NCBI GenBank assembly: GCA_028534125.1
Contig: CM052818.1
Span: 2,854,001 to 2,918,000 of the forward strand
Length of the DNA: 64,000 nt
Direction of reading: 5' to 3'
Source: Lama glama
Lineage: Eukaryota
Made by a program: the position numbers and the translations under genes. The notes beneath the pieces were generated by a model. The model saw nothing but the letters and a program-made list of their open reading frames with translations. It searched no databases and had not been told where the DNA came from. Position 1 is the stretch's first letter, and each line of letters starts with the position of its first letter. Positions 49,846-61,545 of this stretch are shown in pieces.

Positions 49846-51336
49846 GCCCTTGAGAGCCCTTCCCTATAGTCGCAAGCACAGTCTTTCTATGTAGAACCAC
49901 CTTGACTTATGATTTAAAGACATCTTTGTCTGATAGAACGTCTACCCCTTTGTAGGTCTAATTTTCTAAGAGGTGGGGGTTTGAATGAGTATCTGAAAGG
50001 AAAAGAGTATTTTAATCTGTGAGAGGTTGAGCACTGACCGGAAGGGAGGGAGGAGGAGGAGGCATGGCCATGAGTATGTGGGTGCTTCCAGCCTAGAACG
50101 GGTATCTTGCAAAAGGTCAAAGGTCACTTGTTCCAGCTGACCGAGGCACTGGGAATGCCCCATTTCCTGGGAAATGAATGGACAATTCAGGGGGCTAGTC
50201 AGTTACAGCTACTTCTCAGCCTTTAAGCCATAAATCTAAAAAAAATAATAAACAAGGGAAGCTCTTTAAGACTCCCTCAGCAATCCAGTCTGATTGATTT
50301 TTATTCAGGGAAGATGCCAAAAAATCCCCGACTCACTACAATTTGTTTTTTTGTAAGAAACTGAAAAGAGGGAAAACTCAAATGTTTTCGCTGTCTCTCA
50401 TTTGAACGTTTCTAATCCAAAGTAAACAGGGGACCTCTGTCCTTTGTGTTGGACAGTGGCAGACACAGGGCCCTTGTTCCAGGAGCGCGGTATCGGCCCA
50501 TCACAGGCCCCAGTGCACACTGAGGCCCCTGTGTCCAGGCCAGTGGGATGGGCTCCGACGCCACCACGCTAGTGCAGCCATGCAAACAGTTGATGTTCAA
50601 ACTGCATCTCTCCTCGACCCCCGTCATCATCTGCACCTCGGCGAAAAAAGAGAAACCCTCCCATCTCCCATTCTCGGCGACTCTGAAACCCACCAAACTG
50701 TGCTCACTGTCTTTCTTTCTGAGAGAAATCGGAGATTGTTTCGTATTGCAAAAGTGAAATAAATGCATTGTGGGATATTTAAATCAGGAGAAGTGGAGAG
50801 AATAGACAAAGAATCACTCCATTCAACCATCCGGACATAAGTGCTGAACATTTTGGTGTATCTCAGGCCTTTATCTGTTTCTCTATGCGTGGATATTAAC
50901 ATATTTATGGGGGAGGGACAACATTCGGATCATACTGCACATTGCTTAGGGATGTATTGTAAATCATCACCAAAACAATCTCCACTGGATTAAAGAATTA
51001 AATGTACAAGGCAATGGAATAAATATAGATGAATATTTATTTCAGTTGTTAATGTGGGGTCCGTGCATAAGCTTCAGAGAGTCTATAAGTGCATATAACA
51101 ATATGCACAATTTGGTATACAAATATACATACAGATAGAGACATGGCTTTATGAGGGGAGTAGGAAAGACAGTTCATAGTTTTCCTCAGAGTCTCCAACA
51201 TATATGTGACTTCAAAAACTAGTAATTTATATTATCTTGGCTTAGGGGAAAATACTCAATGTAGGAAACACCTATCACATAGCTGATAGGGATGTGAATT
51301 GGTTAAACTTTTCTGTAGTGCAGTTTGAGTAATCCT

Positions 51337-51340
<4 letters not shown>

Positions 51341-51374
<34 letters not shown>
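51341..51374. repeat. (GT)17 microsatellite
   Basis: Seen directly. Confidence 0.95.
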
Positions 51375-51375
<1 letters not shown>

Positions 51376-51829
51376 TGTGTTTGGGTGTTTGATTTAAATA
51401 CCAATAAAAACATATTTGAAGTTAAAATCATGCAAAACTGTAAATTGGGGAGCAGAGGTAGACAGACAAATCATTAATACAGAATATAAAGCCTGAGAGG
51501 TGGATAGGACCAAGAATATAACAGATTTGTGGTATGATAAAGGTATTATTTCAAATCTGTAGAGAAAGAATGGAGAAAGTTAATGGGTATCAAAAACCTG
51601 AAGATTCTTCACCAAATCAAATTATATGGAGCATGTTATAGAAGAGTGTTTAGATTAACATCCCTGTTTGGTTCCTGCCTCTAATGTTTTCATTTGAAGC
51701 ATTTTATCTGTGCTGATTTCCCGTGGGTATTCCTTATGTTAATGAAGTGGCCTGTATCTGCTTAATTAAGAACATTCCCTGCAACTATAGAGATAATTAT
51801 GTTTTATCTTTGATTTTAAAATGTAAAAA

Positions 51830-51965
51830 AAAAGAATTTGTAACTATATGTAGGATAGATGTTAACTAGACGTATTGTGGTGATCATTTCAAATATATGC
51901 AAATATTTCATCATTATTTCGTACACCTGAAACTAATATATGTCAATTACATACCAATTTTTAAA
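51830..51965 (+). mobile_element. L1 3' end fragment (L1MA-like)
   Basis: gatgttaactagac...tgtggtgatcatttc...gtacacctgaaactaatat...gtcaattac. Confidence 0.8.
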
Positions 51966-52627
51966 TGTAATTATTTATTAATAAAATATTACCCAAATTA
52001 CCAGAACAAACTCTACTTGGTCATAGTATATTGTTTTTAATAACAGCCTGGATTTGATTTCCTAGCACTTTATTTACTTTTTTTCATCTTTGCTCTTAAG
52101 TCAGATTGGTCTTTTTTTTGTTTGTTTTTGCTACTCCTGTTAGTTTGTGATATCAGGGTTGCTTTATTTTGAAAAACTGAAATGGGACACTTTCCAGCCT
52201 CTTGTATGTACTGGAGCATTTAAACATCAAAGACATTAAAATCCCTGAAGGCCGAAAGAAATACACTTTATAACTCTGTGGAAATGGCATCCTTCACAGA
52301 GTAATGAACAACTTTCCCATTTCTTTTCTGATTATTAGTCTTCTCTCTACTTCTTGAGTCTATTTAGCAATTATATTTTTCTTAGAAAATATATTCATTT
52401 TAATGAGATTTTTTTTCAAATTCAGTAACATTGAGTCATACATACGATATTCTTATCATCAGGAGATTTTTTTCTACATATGTTCTATCCCACTTCTCAT
52501 TCCCAATACTGTAAATTTTTTCATTTTCTCTTCACTCTTCATGATTGGTCTTACCATGCTTCTATTATTCTTTTCAAAGATGCTTTCATTTATTCTGATT
52601 TTTACCTTTTTAACAGCCATTAACTTC

Positions 52628-52738
52628 TAATAACCTATAATGGAGTATAATCTGCAAAAACATAGAATCACTATGCTGTACATCTGAAACTAATACAATA
52701 TTAGTAAATCGACTATGCTTCAATTAAAAAAAAAAAAA
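52628..52738 (+). mobile_element. Short 5'-truncated lineage-type L1 3' end with poly(A) tail
   Basis: gaatcactatgctgtacatctgaaactaatacaat...cttcaatt followed by an A-run. Confidence 0.8.
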
Positions 52739-52739
52739 G

Positions 52740-52975
52740 CAGCAAATTTCTCCCCAGAAGCCTACCAGGAGACGTCCCCTGATATTTCATTGGCCAGAAC
52801 TTAGTCACATGACCAGCCCTAAGCCAATCATCAACAATGGACAAGGTATTGGCTTGTTCACCCACATCACCCTCTGGGTCATAACATGTTGTCAATCACA
52901 CAAAATTGGGATTCTCTCGGCAGGAAGAAAAGGAAAATGTTCATCCTATTGGCATCCAACTGAGTGCCACAACAT
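52740..52975. mobile_element. Old MLT1 (J/K/L-like) LTR fragment
   Basis: tcattggccagaacttagtcacatgacc...aaaattgggattct. Confidence 0.6.
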
Positions 52976-53334
52976 ATTAAAAATCAGGAGTTAGGCTCAA
53001 CAGTAAGTTTTACTCCATTACCATTCACTGCCACTTCTTTTACAGGATTCCTTTTACATTATTGCATTCATTTGCTTGGCTGGAATATTTTCTGTGGCGT
53101 CTTTTTTTTTTCAATAGGAGTGGTACATGAATGGTTTGCTTTTTTATAGCTGCTTGTCTGAAATATCTTGATAAGAAACCAAATTTTATTTCACAATCAT
53201 TTTCCCCCAAAATGCATTTTCCCTGCATATTGCTTTGTTGTTTTCGGCATTTATGCAGCAAACACGGAGATGATGTGTTCCCTTCAGAGGTTACCTGATT
53301 CTCCTGCCTGAGCAGCTTCACAAAGTAGAGTGCA

Positions 53335-53425
53335 CTTTATTTGTCCATTGCTGAATCGTTAGTGCCTAACCCAGTGCCTGGAACATAACAGGTTTGTCAT
53401 GGATATATGTAGAATGAATGGGTGA
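53335..53425 (+). mobile_element. L2 3' end
   Basis: cagtgcctggaacata...gaatgaatgg. Confidence 0.6.
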
Positions 53426-56400
53426 AAGAAACAAGAGCCGGTTGTCTGTGGGACTCCCAAAAGAGCAATTTCACCTTCACCTTGAAGAGTTTCTCTCCCC
53501 TGCATGTTATAACCATGTAAGGCTAGCTGGGAGCCAGTCTGGCTGCCATGACCCCTTGGAGATGTTCTTTCTGTTCCAAGCATTAAATGTGAGCCCCCCA
53601 TGGGATCTCTGTCCCATGTGCACCCCAGTACCTGAGCACTTCCTGGATGCTTCAAGAGGATGGAGATTTCTTCTCCTGCCTTTCCTGTGATTACTTTTTG
53701 CTCTCAGTTCTTGTCACAATCAACCCTGGGAGCACAGTTGGGTTGTGGTGGTGGGGGGGTACCTCCTTAGAGATGCCTTTCTTTTCTGTGGGGTGAATTG
53801 AAGGTTGTCAAACCCTTCTCTCAAACTGGTCTCATCTGCGTTGTCTTAGAGAAATTCCTTGAAATGTCTGCTATGTGGGTGGAATCCTTTTTCAGTTTTG
53901 AACAATGACAGATTTCCCCCTATCATTATCTTCCTTTGGCTGTTATCAGTGGGAGTTTCGAAGAGAGGCAGGATGAGAAGTTCAACGTGACGGTTTAAAT
54001 GTCTGTTACAGATTAGAAGTCTGTCCTTGCACTTTTCATTGTCTCTTTAGACAAAGTCCTCCACTCCCACTCTATAGACCTATGGGATGTTTAAGCCCCT
54101 CCTCTCATCACTGACCCATCCAGTCTTGGGATACAAGAACAGTTTCTCCTCTATCAACAACATGCTACCTTTCTGGGCTCTCTGTTAAAAAATATTTTGG
54201 ATATCCTGGCTTTGTCTCATCTTTTATCTCTCATCATTTTTTTTCTCCTTTTCCTCTGAGTTTGGGGAGAATTTCTTGAGTTTATCAGCCAGACTGATCC
54301 ATCACTAAAAAATAAATTCTTAAACCCTCTTTGCAGCTCTCTAATCTTTCCTTGATTTTTCCTTCCTTAGTTCTTTATATCTTCTTTTTCCTGTCTCTCT
54401 TTTGCTTCTTTTGATCATCACGACCCTGTTTTCCATCAACATCATTAGTTCCACTTGCCTAAGGATCTCTGAGCATTTGATTTAGGACTTTCCCCCTGGA
54501 ACTCCTGAGAATTTGGGGGGCAAGCTTTCTAGTCTTCAGAATGCTGTGATGTATGGCTGAGGCTGCTGGGGGCAGGGGGGACAGCAGCAAAGACAGAACT
54601 GAATGCATAGCTCTTCTGCCTCCAAGCGCGCTTAGTGGAATGGTTTGACATCAGCTGTGCTGAATCCTCTGGGTACCTCTCCTGCATCCTGGTCAACTAG
54701 GCAGTTCATGAACTGTAGGAGAAGATGATAATTTTAGTTGTAGCAGCCATCTGGTAACTCTGAGTCTTAGAGACTCTGACTAGTACCTTGACATCTTGGA
54801 GCTGCTTGGACCACCCATGGGAGCATCAACCTCCAGGCTTCAACATTGGGCTTTAGAGCCACCCTGTGACATCCCTTGGGAAGGAAGGATTCAAGCTGAA
54901 CGCACAACTTCAGTGTGCATCCCCGAAGTGGACCTGAGAGCTGGGGGATGGAAGATGTTAAGTAGGAGGTCAGACTAGTCTTTGAATAACACTGGTAAGA
55001 AAACTGCCCAGGTAACTGAGCACAAAGCGAACTCCTCTTATGTCTTCTTACCCCACCCACTACGCTGGTGATGAAAACTACAAAAATGAACTTGGCATTA
55101 GGTTTCCTACCTTTTCTCTTGGCTCCAGATAAAGAATACACTAATAGCTGAGGCTTCACAGTGGGCTGATACTTGAACAATACCTTCCTTTGGATTTGAT
55201 TTCTTTTCTTAAATCCCTAACACATTAAAATCTCACTCGGCCTGAACACAGTTCTCCAGAGTCCTTTATAAAACCGCGCTCTCTCTTTCTCTCTCATACA
55301 CAGATGACATTTGACCTTTGACATCCTACTGAGTCAGGTACCCTCTTCTGTTTTCCCTCTGAGTCCCCCTGTCAGCTGCTGCCACCGAGGAAGGTCCTGC
55401 AGTCACCTGAAGCCTCCTCTGCTCAGGGCTCTCTTGTCTGCAGGAACTGTAATTCCTTCAATGCAGTGGCCCATGGCTGTGATTCCTCTCTAAGAATGTC
55501 TGGGCTGTTTCTCACTAATATCCTGGGTAACGGCCGATCTAAACAGCCAGCTCTGCCGGCTTGAATCATTCAAGGAAGGCTCCGGGGCTTGTGGGATCAC
55601 TTCTACAAATGAATCAGGAAGGAGGTGCAGACTGATGACAATGAAGAAGGGGATGCTTTCCCCATGCACTAGAAGAAAGGAAAGGGGGAAACTGACAGTG
55701 GGGCTTCACTGGCTTCTGAGTAGAACATAGCTGAGTTCTCTTGTTTGCACAGGGAGGAGAGACTGGAATTGGCTTGCTACAGAATGCATTATCTTTGAGC
55801 TCCAGGCCAGCTGAATCAAGAGTGTGCAAAGGCAGCCCAAGCACATTCCTTGTAGTAAGGCCACATATTCGTCAAGCTCCACATGCACAGAGAAACAGGA
55901 CCCTTGGTGGCCAAGCGAGACAGTGCCTGGAGGTGAAGGAACAACAGTGGCGTGTCTACATAGCTTCCAGGGGCTACAGCTGGAATTTCACTCAGCCTGG
56001 AGCGCAATGTATTCCACCCTGCTAAAATACAAAAACATCATGCCGCCCTGCAGGAAAAATGATTTCGCTCTAAATCGCATTCTGTAATCTTTTTTCTCAG
56101 TCCTCTTCCACCAAGGGCTGAGAAACAAACTCACAACTCCTTATTTACCTATAAAACTATCCCCCGTAGGAAGGTATGAACACACAAGCCAAGGAACTGA
56201 TACGGAAATTATTTTTTTAAAAAAGATAACGGTAGGAAATGGAGAGAGGGGAAATTTATGTCCACTGAGAGAGTTTTTCTTTAAACAATACCTATATTTG
56301 CTGATATCAAATAACGTGCTTAGCATGCAAATAAATTCTTCCATTTAGTCCGCTCATCAACCCAGTGAGTTCAGTATTATCCTTATTTAAAACGTGGAAA

Positions 56401-56439
56401 CTGAGGTAGCTTGGAACCAGCTCATTTTGCTTTCAAAAA

Positions 56440-56575
56440 TCTGGCTCTGCCACTTGCCGGCTTTGTAACTCCAGGTAAGTTACTAAATTCTCTAAGTTTT
56501 GATTCAGTTCATATAAAAGGGGAATGGAATCTATTTCATAGTGGTGTTGTGAGAATGAAATGAGATATATAAGAC
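56440..56575 (+). mobile_element. MIR SINE
   Basis: ctggctctgccactt...gttgtgagaatgaaatgagat. Confidence 0.65.
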
Positions 56576-58079
56576 GCCAGAGTGTTAACCTTTTAGGATA
56601 TTGGATTTCCTTCTAGTTCTATAAATACACGTTCAAAAATTATTTTTCACTTCACCAAAAATGTTGTAGATGTTTAGGGCAAAAACAAAAACAAAAACAA
56701 AAACAATGAAAACCTCAACCCCTGATTATCTGTTTGACTTAAATGAGTGGGAAGGTTTATAAAACTTCAGAGATGGGCCGGCTATTGAAAATACTGGGGA
56801 AGAATGAGTGCTTTTCAAGCATTAGAATGGTACTTTGATTTGGGTACTCTTTAGTTTACAAGACATCAAAGTATCTCTCGATTAAAAAGAAAATTTACAT
56901 CCTAAAAGGGACAAGCTGACTGGCTTGATTCTACTGCTACTTTGCTCCACCCACAACTTTGTGCGTAGGCAGGGGCAGAGAATGGGAAATGGCTGAACCT
57001 GACTCTAGCCGGCTTGGACAGTCAGCCCTCAGCCACAGTGAACTTGATATGTGTGTCACAGCTGGAAACAAGGTGATAGGTCTATTCTCTAGTCCTAGTT
57101 GGGGTTCCTGGAGAAATGGAGAAGGGTGTGGAGAACCCCTGATTTCTTCCCCCCACCCCATGGGCAAGGCAGGCTAGTCCAGGAGGGAGACACAGGTAAG
57201 GGAACAGGTCAAGACCAGCCTGAAGGACAAAAACACGGATGCTGAATGGAGTCAGGGACCACTCACTAACCGGACTGTGTGTGTACATGCATGGCTGTCA
57301 ACTTAAGATGTACTCTGGGACTTCCCATGAAACTCTCACCACAAATCATCAAGGGTTGAAAGAACAGCAGTGTATCCACTGACAAATGTATTGCAACGAA
57401 TGGTTTTGCACAGTCAATTTACACTGTTTTCAAAATCCCTTTCTCCACTGGTGTTTCCTGCTCAAATGTTGAGGCCAATGGCCTGGTGCTTCCATTCTGA
57501 AACTAGGCCCCTCAACTCCTATGAAATAAACTTAACAAATGTGAAGCCTGAAAATCTGAGCCTTGGGCCAAGGAAAGAGCAAGAGATTTCCTCCTGCCCC
57601 TTCAAGGAGCGTGGGTCTACCCTGAGCAGGTAGGCTGGAGAGATCAGACGAGTTAGTCTCTGAGCTTGGGGCATCTGGAAAAAACACTGGTCATTGACTC
57701 TCAGGGGCACACTGTCCCCTATGGATGATTCCCAGAGAACCCATGGTTCTTCCATTCTCTGCCCAGAATGTCTTCCCTCTGTGCCTTCTACTTCCCCAAA
57801 TTCCAGCACCAGGGGCCAGCTCAAGGCCACAAATCCTTGAAAGGACCACACAGGTAGCTCCAGCCCATACATCCCAGTCTCAGGGGCACAGGGCTGCATG
57901 CTACCTTGTTCTTGGCCTCAGCTGCCTGTGGCGGGGTGGGATGGGGTGGCCTGAGGGTACTGGTGGTGATGCATAGATAACCACGTGCTCCACAGACAGA
58001 GACCCATCTTCATTATTAGCACCCAGGCCAGATGTACAAAGGCCTGCTGATCTTAACCACGTGCCTGCCTGGGAACGTG

Positions 58080-60030
58080 GGGTGGCTGTGCTCTCGCGGC
58101 AGGCTTCCCGGGAATCCAGTGTCCTCTCGGATGGGGGCGCAGGTGGGAAATCTGGTTGAACAAATTCTTGGCTTCATTCTGGGGAGCACTTTCCGTGGGC
58201 CAAGTCTTGGCAGGGGCAGGCGAAGCTCGCAGGTCCCGTTCCGGTCCGCGTCCCAGTCCCTTGCCCGGGAGTGCCTGCCGGCAACCGCGGTCGGCGCAGG
58301 TGACAGACGCCGGGGCTACTCCGCGCTCCAGCCGAGAGCCTAGAACGGCCGCTGAGCCGCTGACTGCGCTGCTAGTCTGAGGGTGGTGTCTGAAGTCAGG
58401 CGCTTCCTGCCTTTCCCTCGGCCTGGGTGCCCGGCTCGCGCGGCTGGCTCCGAGATTCCCGGGTCGCGCCGCCCCGCCCGCCGCCCGCCGCCCGCGCCCG
58501 ATACGGTGCGCGCAGCGTCCCCGCCCCAGCCCCACCCCAGCCCCGTGCCCTGAGGGGGGCACCCCCACCCGGGAAGGAGGGTGGTCCTCCGGGCCCCGGT
58601 TGCCGAGTGGCGGAGGTGACGGTAAGCGCCTTCCCATTTCCGCCCGGCCGGCGGCGCGGAGGGGCGAGTGCCAGCAGAGGCGCGCGGTCCTCCCCCCGCC
58701 CGCCCGCGCCGGGGGCTGGCCTTGCCTCGCCGGCGCCTTTTTCCCCCGCACCGCGGCGCGCTTCGCCACTCGGGCACCGCAGGTAGGGCAGGAGGCTGGA
58801 GCGCCTGCTGCCTGCTGCCCGCCGCCCGTAAAATGGTCACCTCCGCTGGACAGCTCGCCCTCTTCGCGCTGGGTACGTACGCTGCCTGAGCCACCTGCCC
58901 TCCGCGCCACCCCGCTTTCCCCTGTCCCCTCCATTTCTTTCTCCTGGGGGTGTTCTGTGAATGAGAGAGAGGGAGGCGAATGCTCCTCGAGGCTTGGAGG
59001 TTGGGAGACGAAGGGAGTCACTCGGGCTCACTAGGGATTTGGGGAACCCATTCCAAAGAGGGGGACCGTCGAGCGCCAGGCTTTCGCGGGGAAGTGGCCG
59101 CCCGGCCGTGCGTGAGAACACCCGCCGGGGAAGGGGGAGCGGTGTGTGAACCGACTTGAACTTTAATCTGCCGCGGCTGTGTGCTTGTACACTTGCCCAC
59201 ACCTACCTGCTTACCTGGCTGCCTCCAAGCCGGTCTTCGCCGGCGTCGGTAGCGTGTCGACTCGGAGAGGGTGGGCAGCGTCGGGCCCTCCAGCCGCACC
59301 TTGGCTACTTCCCTTTCGTACCCCCTGCCCATCCCTGAGCCCCAGCGGCCGGCGGATGTTCACCATCAGCAGAGGCGTCTCAGTCTTCTAACTTTGAGAG
59401 TTCTCGAGCTTCGGGGTGGATTTTGGATTTTTGTGCGGATTAATTGTTCTTTTAATTAACTCCCCTGGGAGAAGTGGTTTAAGTGTCAGCCGAGGGCAGG
59501 AGTGAAACCCTAGACAGAGTGTTGCCAATTTCCTTTGAGTTTGTTCTTGGAAGAGAAGGAGGGATGGGGGAAGGGAGGGGAACTTAAACCTGGCAAACCC
59601 GGGTTGGGCCTGGGGAGCCGGTGAGTTTTTCAACGGCGAAGGTCACTGCCCGGCCGGCTATTGCCCCTCGCGGTGTCAGGTCTCTCTGGTGTTGAGATAG
59701 CAGATTAACAGCCCAGGTGTCCTGATGATTGCCGCAGCTTCCGTGAAATGAATTGTTCAGTCGCTGTCTCCTGAGTTCAGCCCTGTAAAGCAAGTTGCTC
59801 GGTACAGGATCATTTACTAGAGCCTGAGAAAAGCGACGGAACCGCTCCCCGCAAAATGCCCAGAGCCACAGCCCCACCCAGTTCCGTGCACAGTTTCAGG
59901 GGGTTCGCGGACGCACCCGTAATCCTGCGCATGAAACGCTGATTAAGAACCGCAAGCAATAGGGGAGGCATCATCTGAGGGAAAAACTATGGAGCGGCGG
60001 TAGAACCGGATTCCACCGCTGCTCCGCGGT
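58080..60030. promoter_or_regulatory. TGFA: CpG island / TATA-less GC-box promoter of TGFA, extending into intron 1
   Basis: Dense CpG and very high GC at 58220-59360, with a weaker CpG shoulder to ~60030. Many CCGCCC/GGGGCG boxes and no TATA near exon 1. Confidence 0.92.
58833..58872 (+). CDS. TGFA: Transforming growth factor alpha precursor, exon 1 coding part (MVTSAGQLALFAL-G, signal peptide start)
   Basis: cgtaaaATGg strong Kozak, 40 nt, then GTacgt donor (58873). Matches TGFA N-terminus MVPSAGQLALFALG and the known ADD2-TGFA synteny. Exon 2 not found in the window. Confidence 0.96.
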
Positions 60031-60234
60031 GTACCCTCACCTGAAACTCACCAACAGGTGGCATGATTATGAGTGGCTTTTTTAAAAACCCTTTTCCCAA
60101 GACCTTTTTATTCTTTTGTATTGATGGTAGTCCTGATTTTAGATTTTTTTTTAAAGCAATAAAACATTACCAGTACAGTAGAAGCCTCTGGTATGCAGGT
60201 CCTTATTATACTGTTTTTTGCAAACGCTAGTAGT

Positions 60235-60420
60235 AATAATAATAATAGTTAACACTGCCTGGCTGCTGACCCCGCACCAGGCACTGTTCTAAAGGCTTTA
60301 CATGTATCAGCTCATTTAATTTTCACACCAACCTGATGAAGGTTTTATCATCCTCATTTTGTAGAGAAGGCAAGTGAAGTACAGGGGCCCACAGTTAGTA
60401 GGTAGTTGGGCCAGAATTTT
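60235..60420 (-). mobile_element. MIR in TGFA intron 1
   Basis: ccaggcactgttctaaaggctttacatgtatcagctcatttaat...tcctcattttgtagag. Confidence 0.75.
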
Positions 60421-61379
60421 GAGGGTGTAGAAGAAATGTGGATATTAAAGTCACCTAGCTTTGGTCACTGTAGCCGCATCTCCTAGATATGGGACTTTTC
60501 CTCCAGGCGAGATTGTGTGGACTACCCTGGAACTCGCTTTAAATTTGGTTTTCTGTTGGACTCCCAGGATCTCAAGGTGGCCTTAGGTTATTCAGTGGAA
60601 ATTAAAGGCAAGAAATGATGTAGGTAAGCAACTTGGAGGAAGCCTCTAAAGTTGTCCCTGCCACCCATCATAGTATAACTGGCCCATGAAGACTGCATTC
60701 ATTCATGTAATTTTTCTCTCTTGCCTAAGAGTTCAACTTGATCTCTGTTTCCTTCCTTAAGAAAAAGATATAAAAACTTACAAAGATTAATCAGTATGTG
60801 AAAGCTGGCTCATAAAATTCCAAAAATATGAGCAGTTGAAAAAAAAAAGTAGAGAGAAAAGAAGGCAGGAATAATTTACACCGGTGAGGATTCCTTTTTA
60901 TTTTTATTTTTTTTTAAGAAAAAGCCATTTGTTACCTGCATTGACTACAACTTCTGCCTCCCACCTCACTTTCTGCTAGGTTACTGAATACTCAGCAGTG
61001 CCACATGCATCTTTAGTCTGCACATTTCCTCCAGAGCTGCTCGCCTCTGATTTTTCTTAAATTAGTTGAAGGCAGTTCCAGACAAATCAGCCAGTGTGCT
61101 ATGACTAATCAAGACCTAGAAAACCGGGATCTTTCCCCTCCTTCCCCACCTCCATGGGGACAGTCTGGGAAGGAACTGTTAGGAGTCTCAGTTGATTCTC
61201 CTGATTACTTGATTGACATTTTGGCCAAGAGAGTGTGGAGGCTGCTTAAATGGCAACATTGGGGATGTAATCCAGGTTCCTGTGGTGGCTGCCCTCCCAT
61301 GTCAGTTTTCCGTCATTGGTGGGGAAAACCTCACCGAGACTTGGCACCTCCAATCCCACGTCCTCCCTGCATCCAGGGA

Positions 61380-61545
61380 GCAAGATGTGTCATCTTGGGC
61401 AAGTTACTTAGCTTCTTTGTGCCTTGTTTTTCTCATCTGTAAAATGGTGATATTAATAGGGTTGTTGACTGTAACTAATGAACCTGGAAAAGTGCCTGGC
61501 ACATAGTAAGAGTTTAATTAATCAATCTCAGTGCCATCATCATTG
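61380..61545 (+). mobile_element. MIR in TGFA intron 1
   Basis: tgtcatcttgggcaagttacttagc...tctcatctgtaaaatgg...gtgcctggcacatagtaag. Confidence 0.8.

Noticed and set aside
58668..58832. In-frame GTG/CTG-initiated N-terminal extension of TGFA
   Set aside because: Open frame is explained by GC content. The ATG has strong Kozak context and starts the signal peptide.
58053..59021. 322-aa minus-strand ORF and other long overlapping ORFs at the TGFA promoter
   Set aside because: Low-complexity G/A/R/P translation is expected from a stop-poor CpG island. Non-ATG start and no recognisable domain.
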